Source of the DNA: Candidatus Falkowbacteria bacterium
GTDB taxonomy: Bacteria > Patescibacteriota > Patescibacteriia > Patescibacteriales > UBA12465
Length of the DNA stretch: 64,000 nucleotides
Reading direction: 5' to 3'
Assembly: GCA_903847415.1 (NCBI GenBank)
Contig: CAINDR010000015.1
Coordinates: 33,872 to 97,871 of the forward strand
Positions 44,579-53,048 of this stretch are shown here, piece after piece. Below the pieces are notes generated by a model. That model had not been told where the DNA came from, did not search any database, and worked only from the letters and a program-made list of their open reading frames with translations. A program made the position numbers and the translations under genes. Every line of letters starts with the position of its first letter. Position 1 is the first letter of the stretch.

Positions 44579-45781
44579 ATGTTTGAAAAGATTATTAGCG
44601 ACGCCAATTTACAGGCGGCGTATTTGAAGATTGTTGAGCAATTTGCTGCCGAGAAAAAAGGTTCTCGTTATCATGGCTTGGACAATCTTTTTTTAAAAGA
44701 TTTTGATTTAGATTCTTGCGAATTGATTAAATTAATTCGGCAAGAATTGCAAACTAAAACAGAAATTAGTCCGGCTTTAGCAATAAAAATTCCGAAAAAA
44801 AACAATCCCGAAAAATTTCGGGAGATTTTTGTTTATAATTTAAAAGAGAGAATTAAAGCTCAGGCAATTTTTCAAATCCTTTTGCCCGTATTTGAAAAAC
44901 ATTTTTCTGATCGTCTTTTCTCTTATCGTCCCGGTAAGCCACCGTATCTAGCTGCAAAATATTTTTGTCGCCGCTATCGAGATTCTTTTACTCAAGACTA
45001 TCTTTTTGTGGTTGATTTGGAAAATTATTCTGATTTAATTGATCATGACTTATTGTTAAGTTATTTATCTGAAATTTTTGTTGAAGAAGAAGTTATTTCT
45101 ACTCTCAAGTTATTTATTGGGAATAAGGTGTATCGTTCTGGAACTATTGAAAAATTGAAACAGGGCTTGGTTCAGGGGGTTCCCTTGATTGCAATGTTCT
45201 CAAATCTTTACTTAAGTGATCTTGATTTTAAGTATCAAAAAAAAGTGCCATTTTATCTTAGGGTTGGTGATGATATTGCTTTTTTTGATCGCTATCCTCA
45301 AAAATTAGAAATTTTAAAAAATAATTTTGTTAGCGATCTTCAGAAAAAAAAGTTAAAAGTTAGTGAAAGCAAACAATATTTTGGTCCAGCAAATGGAGAA
45401 TTTTCTTTCCTTGGTTATTCTTTTTTTCAGGGCCTTATTAGTTTGGAAAAGAAATATTTAAAAAGAATTGTTTTGGAGTGGAAAAATATTTTGAGCAAAC
45501 AAAAATTAAGCGATAACAAAAAAGACTTGTTCATAAAAAAGATAATGTTTAATCCCCGTAGTAATTATAATTTTCAATTTGAAAAAATTATTAAGGATAA
45601 ATCGCAAATTAACAACTCTGAACAGATTAAAAAAGTTTCCGAAGAATTTTTTAAAATTATGACTAAATTTTTTTATACTCGCTATTCTCCTCGCAATCGT
45701 CGCTTGCTAGAAGATCGTCTTCGATCTTTTGGCTTGAAGTCACTTTATTTTTTTTATAAAAAATTTCATTATGAGCGTTAA
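44579..45781 (+). CDS. Reverse transcriptase, group II intron-like clade, atypical VGDD motif
   Basis: RT0-7 motifs: NLQAAY, HGLD, IPKK..FREI, ERIKAQAIFQIL, FSYRPGK, VVDLENYSDLIDH, GLVQGVPL..FSNLYL..D, YLRVGDD, FSFLGY; no HNH/En domain. Confidence 0.9.
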   Translation: MFEKIISDANLQAAYLKIVEQFAAEKKGSRYHGLDNLFLKDFDLDSCELIKLIRQELQTKTEISPALAIKIPKKNNPEKFREIFVYNLKERIKAQAIFQILLPVFEKHFSDRLFSYRPGKPPYLAAKYFCRRYRDSFTQDYLFVVDLENYSDLIDHDLLLSYLSEIFVEEEVISTLKLFIGNKVYRSGTIEKLKQGLVQGVPLIAMFSNLYLSDLDFKYQKKVPFYLRVGDDIAFFDRYPQKLEILKNNFVSDLQKKKLKVSESKQYFGPANGEFSFLGYSFFQGLISLEKKYLKRIVLEWKNILSKQKLSDNKKDLFIKKIMFNPRSNYNFQFEKIIKDKSQINNSEQIKKVSEEFFKIMTKFFYTRYSPRNRRLLEDRLRSFGLKSLYFFYKKFHYER

Positions 45782-47456
45782 CAAAAAACAAATTAATTTA
45801 TTGAAATCAATTCGCTCAATTCGGAAAAATTATCAAGAGGTGATTTTGAGTAAAAGGCATTGGCGATTTTTGTTTGGTTTTTTACTTGATCATCGTTTGA
45901 GTTTTGTGATTTTAGTTTTTTTGTTCTTTGCTCAGGGTTTAATTGAAGCAATTTTTATTATTTTTAGTCGAAACCAAATATCTGGCGGTCTTTTGCCTTT
46001 TTTTTGGGAATTTTTAGGACTTTTGCTATGTTTATTTTTTCTTAATTCTTATTTTTCAATTCGTCAAGAAAAAACTTTGGGAGTTCTTTTTGCTAACAGT
46101 TTAAGAAAAAGAATTTTTGAAGATTATCTTCGTCGTCCGTCTGCTAGTTTGAATCAAAAAAACCAAGCTGATTTAATCGCTAAAATGTCTTATCAATTAC
46201 CGCTAGCTTCAATGGGGGTGGTTAATTCTTTTTTTGGTGCTTTGCGTTGGCTGATTAATATTTTAGTAGTACTGATACTACTAATTAAAAGTGATTTATC
46301 TTGGTCCTTAGCTTTGTTGTTTTCTTTAATCTTTTCAGCGGTAATTGGTCTGATTAGTTATTTTATTTCCAAAAGTTATGTTTCTCAGGAAGTAACTTTT
46401 TATTCTCAAATTATTAGAGAGGTTGGAATTTCTACTAATGATCGATCTTTTCTTAAAATTTTTAATCAAGAAAAAAAAGTTCTTCAGCGATTTGATCAAT
46501 TAGTAGATTTTGATTCTTTTTTTCGAATTCGTCGGGATCTTTGGTTGAAATTAAGTGTAAAAATTCTTTTTGCCCTTTTATTACTATTATCATTATGGTT
46601 TCATTTTTCTTCATCAAATCTATTATTGGAATTTAATTTAATCTCCTCAGAAAAGAAAATAATTCTTCTATTTCTGTTTATTTATTTTTCTCGAATTTTG
46701 TATGAAAGTTTACGGGTTGGTCTTTATCTTTGGCCAGCACAGCTTGGTTTGTATTTAACGATTCCAAAGTCTGGTCGTAATTTTTGTCGAGATCGGGTTC
46801 TTAAATTTGAGACCAGTTTAAATTTTTATGGTCGAAAACTAAAATTATTTTTGGGAGCGAGTTATCAGAAAAATTTTTCTTGGTTTTTTGAGAAGGGAAA
46901 GCGTTATCTTTTTTATTCTCCTTCTTCGACTGGAAAATCATCACTGGCTCGGGCCTTTTCTGGTCTAGAAGTATTTGAGCCAAAATCTTTAAGAATTAAA
47001 ATTGACGGCAAGCGTCTTGATTTTCAGAGTTGGCAACGTTTTAGCGAGGGAATTTGTTTTATTGATCCAAATTTTTTTTCTGAGAAAAGTATTTTTGAAT
47101 TTATTATTGGTCAAAATAGGAAGAATCAAGATCTTCCTTCAGTAGAGAGTGTTTTTCAAGTTCTTCGTCTTTATCCGGAGTTATTAACAAGAATTTCTCG
47201 GGAAGGAAACTTTAATGTTAGCGCTGCTTCTGTTCTAGGTAGCCCGATTAGTGCTTTTGCTCTTTATTTGGCTCGTTGCTTGGTGAGCAAGCCAGCTTTA
47301 GTGGTTATTGATAATTTTTGGCTAGACTTAGCTTACGAAGAAATCAATAAAATGCTATTATTATTAGACCAGGAATTACCAAATTCAATAATTGTTGTTT
47401 TTTCTAGAAAAGACAATAGTTATTTTAATTATCATCAAAAATATGAACTTAATTAA
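45771..47456 (+). CDS. ABC exporter-like protein (TMD plus degenerate NBD)
   Basis: ~6 TM with LRKRIFEDYLR exporter-type loop; Walker A SPSSTGKS, no LSGGQ, Walker B LVVIDN; overlaps RT stop by 11 nt. Confidence 0.75.
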   Translation: MSVNKKQINLLKSIRSIRKNYQEVILSKRHWRFLFGFLLDHRLSFVILVFLFFAQGLIEAIFIIFSRNQISGGLLPFFWEFLGLLLCLFFLNSYFSIRQEKTLGVLFANSLRKRIFEDYLRRPSASLNQKNQADLIAKMSYQLPLASMGVVNSFFGALRWLINILVVLILLIKSDLSWSLALLFSLIFSAVIGLISYFISKSYVSQEVTFYSQIIREVGISTNDRSFLKIFNQEKKVLQRFDQLVDFDSFFRIRRDLWLKLSVKILFALLLLLSLWFHFSSSNLLLEFNLISSEKKIILLFLFIYFSRILYESLRVGLYLWPAQLGLYLTIPKSGRNFCRDRVLKFETSLNFYGRKLKLFLGASYQKNFSWFFEKGKRYLFYSPSSTGKSSLARAFSGLEVFEPKSLRIKIDGKRLDFQSWQRFSEGICFIDPNFFSEKSIFEFIIGQNRKNQDLPSVESVFQVLRLYPELLTRISREGNFNVSAASVLGSPISAFALYLARCLVSKPALVVIDNFWLDLAYEEINKMLLLLDQELPNSIIVVFSRKDNSYFNYHQKYELN

Positions 47457-48639
47457 ACAAATTAGGCAAGGCAACTGTCGCGATAGTTTGCCAATGTTTT
47501 TTTTCTCCACAGTTATTTTGTTGTTAGTGATGTTCTTGTTGTTTATTTTTTTCAAATACTATTTTAATTCAGATAATAGTTCTGATTTTAGCTCCACAAA
47601 AACTCTTGTTGTTGATGAGCCGTTTTCTGGGCAGCTTTATTTTAATGATGAATTAGGAGAGAAGGTTTTTTCTCCAGTAATCATCGAGGCAATTTCTAAA
47701 GCAAAAAAAAGTGCAGAATTAGCAGTTTATTCGATGGATGATCAAGGAATTCGTGATGCCCTTTATCGAGCTTCTAAGCGAGGCGTAAAAGTAACAATGG
47801 TGCTTAGTGATAAGCGAAAAGATGGGCACGATCAAGTTCTTCAAAATCTGCCGAAAGAGATTAAACGGATTGATGCGCCGTCAAGTGAAGGTTATATGCA
47901 CCACAAGTTTTTAATTCTTGATCGAGGATCAAATCAGGAAAAGTTATTTTTTGGTTCTTATAACTTTACCGCTCTTCAGGAAAAATATGATCCTTCTTTT
48001 TTGCTAGAAACTACTCGACCAGAGATTGTGAAGATTTTTGGTCAAGAATTTGATCGCTTAAAAAATGAAGTTTATGGTCGGAAGAAACTTAACTCTCGTC
48101 AAATTTATTTGATGACTAGAATTAAATATCCAGAAGGATTTTTGGAGATTTGGTTTTCTCCACAGTTATCTCGTGGTGGTTTGAGGGAAAGAATGCTTGG
48201 TTTGATTAATAATTCGAAGGACAATCTCAAGGTAATGATCTGGAATTTTACCAGCAAAAGCATGGCACTTGATATTGCTGATGCGGCAGTCAGAAAAAGC
48301 GTGAGAATTATTGCTGATGATTTAAATTATTCACTTCCAGAGTCCGCTTTCAACACCTTGTTGTCTGAAAAGGGAAGTCGTTCTTTGGAAAAATTAGAAA
48401 TAATTACTGATGCCAAACGAAATGAAGAAGCGATTCGCTTGTCTGGTGATAAAAGTTTGAATTCTTTCTTACATCATCACCTTCTTTTGGTTGATGATCG
48501 GGTAGCAGTTTTTGGCAGTGGCAACTGGAGTAATAATGGTTTTTATAGCAACGATGAGTCAACGATGATTTCCGATATTAATATTTTAGTTCAGCCATTC
48601 ATTGAGTCTTGGCAAAAAAATTATGAGCACAATAAGTAA
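47443..48639 (+). CDS. Membrane-anchored phospholipase D superfamily protein (two PLD domains)
   Basis: N-terminal TM; MHHKFLILD..GSYNFT and variant LHHHLLLVD..GSGNWS; overlaps ABC gene by 14 nt. Confidence 0.85.
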   Translation: MNLIKQIRQGNCRDSLPMFFFSTVILLLVMFLLFIFFKYYFNSDNSSDFSSTKTLVVDEPFSGQLYFNDELGEKVFSPVIIEAISKAKKSAELAVYSMDDQGIRDALYRASKRGVKVTMVLSDKRKDGHDQVLQNLPKEIKRIDAPSSEGYMHHKFLILDRGSNQEKLFFGSYNFTALQEKYDPSFLLETTRPEIVKIFGQEFDRLKNEVYGRKKLNSRQIYLMTRIKYPEGFLEIWFSPQLSRGGLRERMLGLINNSKDNLKVMIWNFTSKSMALDIADAAVRKSVRIIADDLNYSLPESAFNTLLSEKGSRSLEKLEIITDAKRNEEAIRLSGDKSLNSFLHHHLLLVDDRVAVFGSGNWSNNGFYSNDESTMISDINILVQPFIESWQKNYEHNK

Positions 48640-48649
48640 TTAATTTTTT

Positions 48650-49081
48650 ATGATTTTGAGAAAATTTTTTCATTTCTTTGATCTCTTGGAAAACAAGATT
48701 AGACAAACTTTAAGCCGCCATCCTTTTATTTATGCTTTTTTAGGTGGTGTTGGAGTAGTAGTCTTTTGGCGTGGAGTTTGGGTGACGTCGGATTTTTTAA
48801 TGGCCAAAATCACAAAAATTCCTGTTGATATTTTGTGGTGGGATGGACCATTAACCGTATTAGTTAGTTTATTGATTCTTTCTCCTCTTGGTATCTTTGT
48901 TTCTAGCTTTATCGGGAATGAGGTGATTATTTCGGGGATTAGAGGCGAAAAAAAGATGTTTGAGAAAACAGAAGCCGAAATTGAAAGCGAATTAACAATT
49001 GGTTCCAGAACTTATAGTAGTATCTCGGAAGTAGTGAATCGTTTGAAAAATATTGACAAAAAACTTGATAAAATAAAATAA
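48650..49081 (+). CDS. Two-TM membrane protein
   Basis: YAFLGGVGVVVFWRGVW, FVSSFIGNEVIISG; 10 nt after PLD stop. Confidence 0.75.
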   Translation: MILRKFFHFFDLLENKIRQTLSRHPFIYAFLGGVGVVVFWRGVWVTSDFLMAKITKIPVDILWWDGPLTVLVSLLILSPLGIFVSSFIGNEVIISGIRGEKKMFEKTEAEIESELTIGSRTYSSISEVVNRLKNIDKKLDKIK

Positions 49082-49143
49082 TTTTTTATTTTTTGCGTAT
49101 TAATTAATAGAACCCCTTTGTAGGAGTTTAAAGGCTTAAATGC

Positions 49144-49737
49144 ATGTTGGAACCATTGGAAGATTATTCTTCTTTTTCAGACAATGAATTAGTGCTTTTA
49201 GCCTTAAAAAATCAGGCCATTTTTGCTATTTTAATGAATCGTTATAGTGAAAAATTAACTAGATATGCTCAACGAATCTCTAATTTAAGAACCGAAGAGG
49301 TTGAGGATGTTATTCAAGAGGTGTTTATTAAAGTCTATAAAAACCTCAATGATTTTGAAAGCGATCTCCGATTTTCTTCTTGGATTTATCGAATTACTCA
49401 TAATCAGGTTATTAGCCACCATCGAGCTAAAAATGCTAGACCTCAAACAGTGGAGATCGACGATGCTTTGGCTAATCGTTTGCGGGCGGAAGTTGACTTG
49501 ACGAAGGAAATCATTAGTCAAGACTTAAAGGTGGAAATCGCGACTTTATTAGCAAAATTAAAACCTATTCATCGAGAAATTTTAGTTTTGCGTTTTTTTG
49601 AGGAAAAGAGTTATGAAGAGATTTCAGATATTTTAAAAAAACCAAGTGGTAGTGTGGCCACTTTGATTTATTCAGCCAAAAAAGAATTAAAAGAAAAGTA
49701 TGAAAAATCTGAGCGACAAAGTCCTGGAAAAAATTAA
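49144..49737 (+). CDS. ECF RNA polymerase sigma factor (copy 2)
   Basis: EDVIQEVFIKVY, FSSWIYRITHN, SYEEISDIL..PSGSV. Confidence 0.9.
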   Translation: MLEPLEDYSSFSDNELVLLALKNQAIFAILMNRYSEKLTRYAQRISNLRTEEVEDVIQEVFIKVYKNLNDFESDLRFSSWIYRITHNQVISHHRAKNARPQTVEIDDALANRLRAEVDLTKEIISQDLKVEIATLLAKLKPIHREILVLRFFEEKSYEEISDILKKPSGSVATLIYSAKKELKEKYEKSERQSPGKN

Positions 49738-50440
49738 ACAAGAATCAATTAAACCCCATCCTCGTTGGTATTTTTTAGCACGAGATTGTTTCTTGTGGTT
49801 TTTAGTTTCCTTGGTTACTATTTTAGGTGGAATTGCCTTTTCTTTGGTGATGCTTTTTCTTTATTTTCAGCGTTTTGGTTTTAGGAATCCTCATCCCGCT
49901 AGTAATTTTAATTGGCTACTTGTTTCCATTCCTTATGCTTGGTTATTCGTTTTTGTGGTGTTAGTGGTTGTGATTTACTATAATCTTAAACATCTCAAAA
50001 AAAGCTATAAATATCCACCTTACTTATTAATTATTGCATCATTAGTGGCTAGTATTGTTTTGGGTGTCATTATTTCAAATTTTGGAGTTCATCGGCGAAT
50101 GAATGATGAGTTTTCTCGTCGTGTGCCTTTCTATGGGCGAGTTTTTGATGCCAGGGTTCCAGCCTGGGGAAGACCGATGGAAGGAGTTCTAGCAGGGAAA
50201 ATTGGCAGAGTAGAGGAGGATTTTTTTCTTCTTGAAGATTTTCATGCCAAAGAATGGAAAATTGTTCTCCTCAAAGAAACAGAGGCAGTTGAATCAATTA
50301 AAATTGTTTCTGGTCAGTTGATTTTAATCAATGGTCGCCAGGAAGGTCCAGGGGTATTTGTGGCTGAAGAAATTTTTCCTTGGGATGGTTGTCCAAAAAA
50401 GTGTAAATTAATCAATTCGAATTTTCCAAGAATTCGGTAG
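49700..50440 (+). CDS. Putative multi-TM anti-sigma factor
   Basis: Overlaps sigma gene; 3 TM, PYAW, YKYP, GVLAGKI; paralogous to 43074-43841. Confidence 0.7.
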   Translation: MKNLSDKVLEKIKQESIKPHPRWYFLARDCFLWFLVSLVTILGGIAFSLVMLFLYFQRFGFRNPHPASNFNWLLVSIPYAWLFVFVVLVVVIYYNLKHLKKSYKYPPYLLIIASLVASIVLGVIISNFGVHRRMNDEFSRRVPFYGRVFDARVPAWGRPMEGVLAGKIGRVEEDFFLLEDFHAKEWKIVLLKETEAVESIKIVSGQLILINGRQEGPGVFVAEEIFPWDGCPKKCKLINSNFPRIR

Positions 50441-50466
50441 AAGTAAATAATAATTAACTTGAAAAT

Positions 50467-52344
50467 ATGGAGAAGATTGCTATTTTTTTAAAACGTTTTT
50501 TGCGGGTCAAATATTTAATTTGGCTTCTAGTTATTGCTGGCGCGGCTTATTATTTTTATCCAAAAGTTTTTCCCAAAAAAGTGGTGCCGCAATATGTTCT
50601 GGCTGCCGCTGAGAAGGGGAATTTGACCGTTTTTGTTTCAGCAACCGGACAAGTTTCCGCTTCTTCTCAAATTAGTATTAAACCAGAGGTTTCTGGTAAA
50701 ATTACAGCAGTGAAAGCAAAGGTAGGACAACTACTAAAAGCTGGTGATGTAATTGCGATTGTTGATCAGCGTAATGCTAAAATTTCTTTGACTCAAGCCC
50801 AAGCTAGCTTGACTAGTGCTCAAGCAAATTATAGCAAAGTTGTTTCCGGGGCAACACCGGAAGATTTAAAAATTAGTCAATTAAGCGTGGAATCAGCTAA
50901 AAGCAGTTATGAAACTGCAAAAACTGATTATGATCAAACAATTAGAACAGTTAATGAAAATTTAATACAAGTTGCAAAACAATTAAATGACATCAAAGAC
51001 ACCTCCTCGTCGGCGAATAGCAAGCGATCACAGGTGATCAATATTGTTGAATCGCAAATCTCAACTTCTCGCAATGCTCTTGATTTGTTGAAAAAGATTT
51101 TTACTGATGAAGACGCAAAAATTGCTTTAGGAGCTTTAGATAGCGGTTATCTTAGTCTGGCTAAAAATAATTATGAAATGGCTCAGAATTATCTTGACCC
51201 AGCAGTTAATACTTTAAACAGCGCAAAAAATTTACGTGATGATTCTAGTATTGCTTCAGCGACGAGTAATGCTTTAAATCTTTTAAACAACACTCTCACA
51301 GCAATGACTAGCGCTTCTTATCTTTTAGAAAAATCAGTAACCAGTTCTTCTTTTTCTCAGTCGGAGCTAGATTCCTATAAAAGTTCAGTAAATTCTCAGG
51401 TCAATTCAGTTAATAGTGGAATATCTTCCATTCAAAACAGTTTTCAGAGTTTTAAAGATGCAATTACAAATGCTGAAAACAATTTAATTAATGCGCAGTT
51501 ATCCGTTTCTTCGCAAACCAATTCTGCTCAAGCCAAAATTGATTCCGCCAAACGAGCACTTGATAATGCTCAGGCGCAATATGCAAAAGTTTCTGCTCCA
51601 GCCGACAAATCTTCAGTTCGCTCAGCTTTATCTCAGCTGGCCTCAGCAAAAGCGCAGGTCGAGTCTGCTCAACTGAATTTCGATAAAACAATTATTAAGT
51701 CACCAATTGATGGTCAAGTAGCAACGCTTAGTGCAGAGCTTGGAATTGATGTTGGTTCTAATGCGACCGTTTCTGGCGCTAGTTCAGTGGCAACGATTGT
51801 CACCAAACAGCAGGTTGCAGTGATCCAACTTAACGAGGTTGATACTGCAAAAGTTGTTGTTGGCCAAAAAGCTAAACTAACTTTTGACGCTATCCCTGGT
51901 CTAACCGTTGAAGGGACGGTCACAGAGATTGAAGGTGTTGGGGTTGTGACCTCTGGTGTTGTTAACTATAGCATTAAAGTCGCTTTCAATACTCAGGAAG
52001 AAAAAGTTAAAACAGGGATGAGCACCTCAGTTGAAATTGTCACTAGCAATCGGGATGATGTTTTGTTAATTCCCAGTGAAGCTCTGAAATCAGGCGTGCA
52101 AGAAAAAACTTATGTTGAAATTCTTCCCGGAGTAACAAGCAATGATCGACGACCAGTTAGCTCTTTGGTCACTCCAGTTCGTCAAGTAGTTGAAATTGGT
52201 GAGTCTAATGACACACAAATTGAAATTAAAAGTGGTTTGTTGGATGGTGATTTTGTAATCTCTCAAGTTATTTCAACTAGCACCGCTGCTAAATCATCTT
52301 CCAGTGGAAAATCTGGCGGATTTCCGATGGGTGGTGGGCGTTAA
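50467..52344 (+). CDS. Efflux membrane-fusion/adaptor protein (MacA/HlyD-like) with long coiled coil
   Basis: VSATGQV, EVSGKI, IKSPIDGQV, NEVD..V..GQKA, GLLDGDFVI. Confidence 0.88.
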   Translation: MEKIAIFLKRFLRVKYLIWLLVIAGAAYYFYPKVFPKKVVPQYVLAAAEKGNLTVFVSATGQVSASSQISIKPEVSGKITAVKAKVGQLLKAGDVIAIVDQRNAKISLTQAQASLTSAQANYSKVVSGATPEDLKISQLSVESAKSSYETAKTDYDQTIRTVNENLIQVAKQLNDIKDTSSSANSKRSQVINIVESQISTSRNALDLLKKIFTDEDAKIALGALDSGYLSLAKNNYEMAQNYLDPAVNTLNSAKNLRDDSSIASATSNALNLLNNTLTAMTSASYLLEKSVTSSSFSQSELDSYKSSVNSQVNSVNSGISSIQNSFQSFKDAITNAENNLINAQLSVSSQTNSAQAKIDSAKRALDNAQAQYAKVSAPADKSSVRSALSQLASAKAQVESAQLNFDKTIIKSPIDGQVATLSAELGIDVGSNATVSGASSVATIVTKQQVAVIQLNEVDTAKVVVGQKAKLTFDAIPGLTVEGTVTEIEGVGVVTSGVVNYSIKVAFNTQEEKVKTGMSTSVEIVTSNRDDVLLIPSEALKSGVQEKTYVEILPGVTSNDRRPVSSLVTPVRQVVEIGESNDTQIEIKSGLLDGDFVISQVISTSTAAKSSSSGKSGGFPMGGGR

Positions 52345-52355
52345 ATTATTGTCTT

Positions 52356-53036
52356 ATGATCAAATTTAAAAATATTTGCAAGAATTATTTTAGTGGCGAA
52401 TTAGAAACTAAAATTTTAAAGAATATTTCCTTTGAAATTAAAGCGGGTGAATTTGTGGCAATCACCGGCCCATCTGGTTCGGGAAAATCAACAATCATGA
52501 ATATTTTGGGAGCCTTAGACTCGCCAACTAGTGGAGAATATTTTCTTGATGGTGCGGATGTTTCCAAATTATCTGATGACGAGCTTGCTGTTATTCGTTG
52601 CAATAAAATTGGTTTTGTTTTTCAGTCATTTAATTTATTATCTCGCACGACAGTTCTGAGAAATGTTTGTTTGCCTTTGGTGTATGCGGAAGTTTCTTCT
52701 AAAAAAAGAGAAGAGATTGCTAAAAAATCTTTAGAAGCAGTCTCAATGCCGGAAGATCGTTGGCACCACTATTCTAATCAATTATCAGGTGGACAAATGC
52801 AAAGAGTGGCAATTGCTAGGGCTCTAGTGAATAACCCTTCACTAATTTTAGCCGACGAACCAACTGGTAATCTTGATTCCAAAACCGGTCAAATTGTTTT
52901 GCAGACTTTTAAAGATTTAAATAAAAAAGAAAAACGCACGATTGTTTTAATTACTCATGATTTAGAAATTGCAAAACATGCCGATCGAATTATTCGTCTT
53001 CGGGATGGTGAAATTATTGATGATCAAGAGTCTTAA
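52356..53036 (+). CDS. MacB/LolD-type ABC ATPase
   Basis: [44 protein letters not shown]. Confidence 0.92.
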   Translation: MIKFKNICKNYFSGELETKILKNISFEIKAGEFVAITGPSGSGKSTIMNILGALDSPTSGEYFLDGADVSKLSDDELAVIRCNKIGFVFQSFNLLSRTTVLRNVCLPLVYAEVSSKKREEIAKKSLEAVSMPEDRWHHYSNQLSGGQMQRVAIARALVNNPSLILADEPTGNLDSKTGQIVLQTFKDLNKKEKRTIVLITHDLEIAKHADRIIRLRDGEIIDDQES

Positions 53037-53048
53037 TTTATTTTTTTT

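Noticed and set aside
44579-45781. RT as part of a diversity-generating retroelement targeting the phage tail fibre
   Set aside because: RT has QG rather than the DGR-type GxxxSQ motif, no avd-like gene, and no TR/VR near-duplicate with A-specific mismatches was noticed by eye (a self-alignment would be decisive)
44388-45781. Canonical retron
   Set aside because: Terminal inverted repeats are retron-like, but the RT lacks NAxxH and VTG motifs and has group II-type RT0 and FLG; kept as a novel ncRNA-RT candidate instead
44388-45900. RT as a group II intron-encoded protein
   Set aside because: No room for intron domains I-III upstream (only ~350 nt after a terminator), no domain V/VI-like sequence after the stop (next ORF overlaps it), and no interrupted host gene
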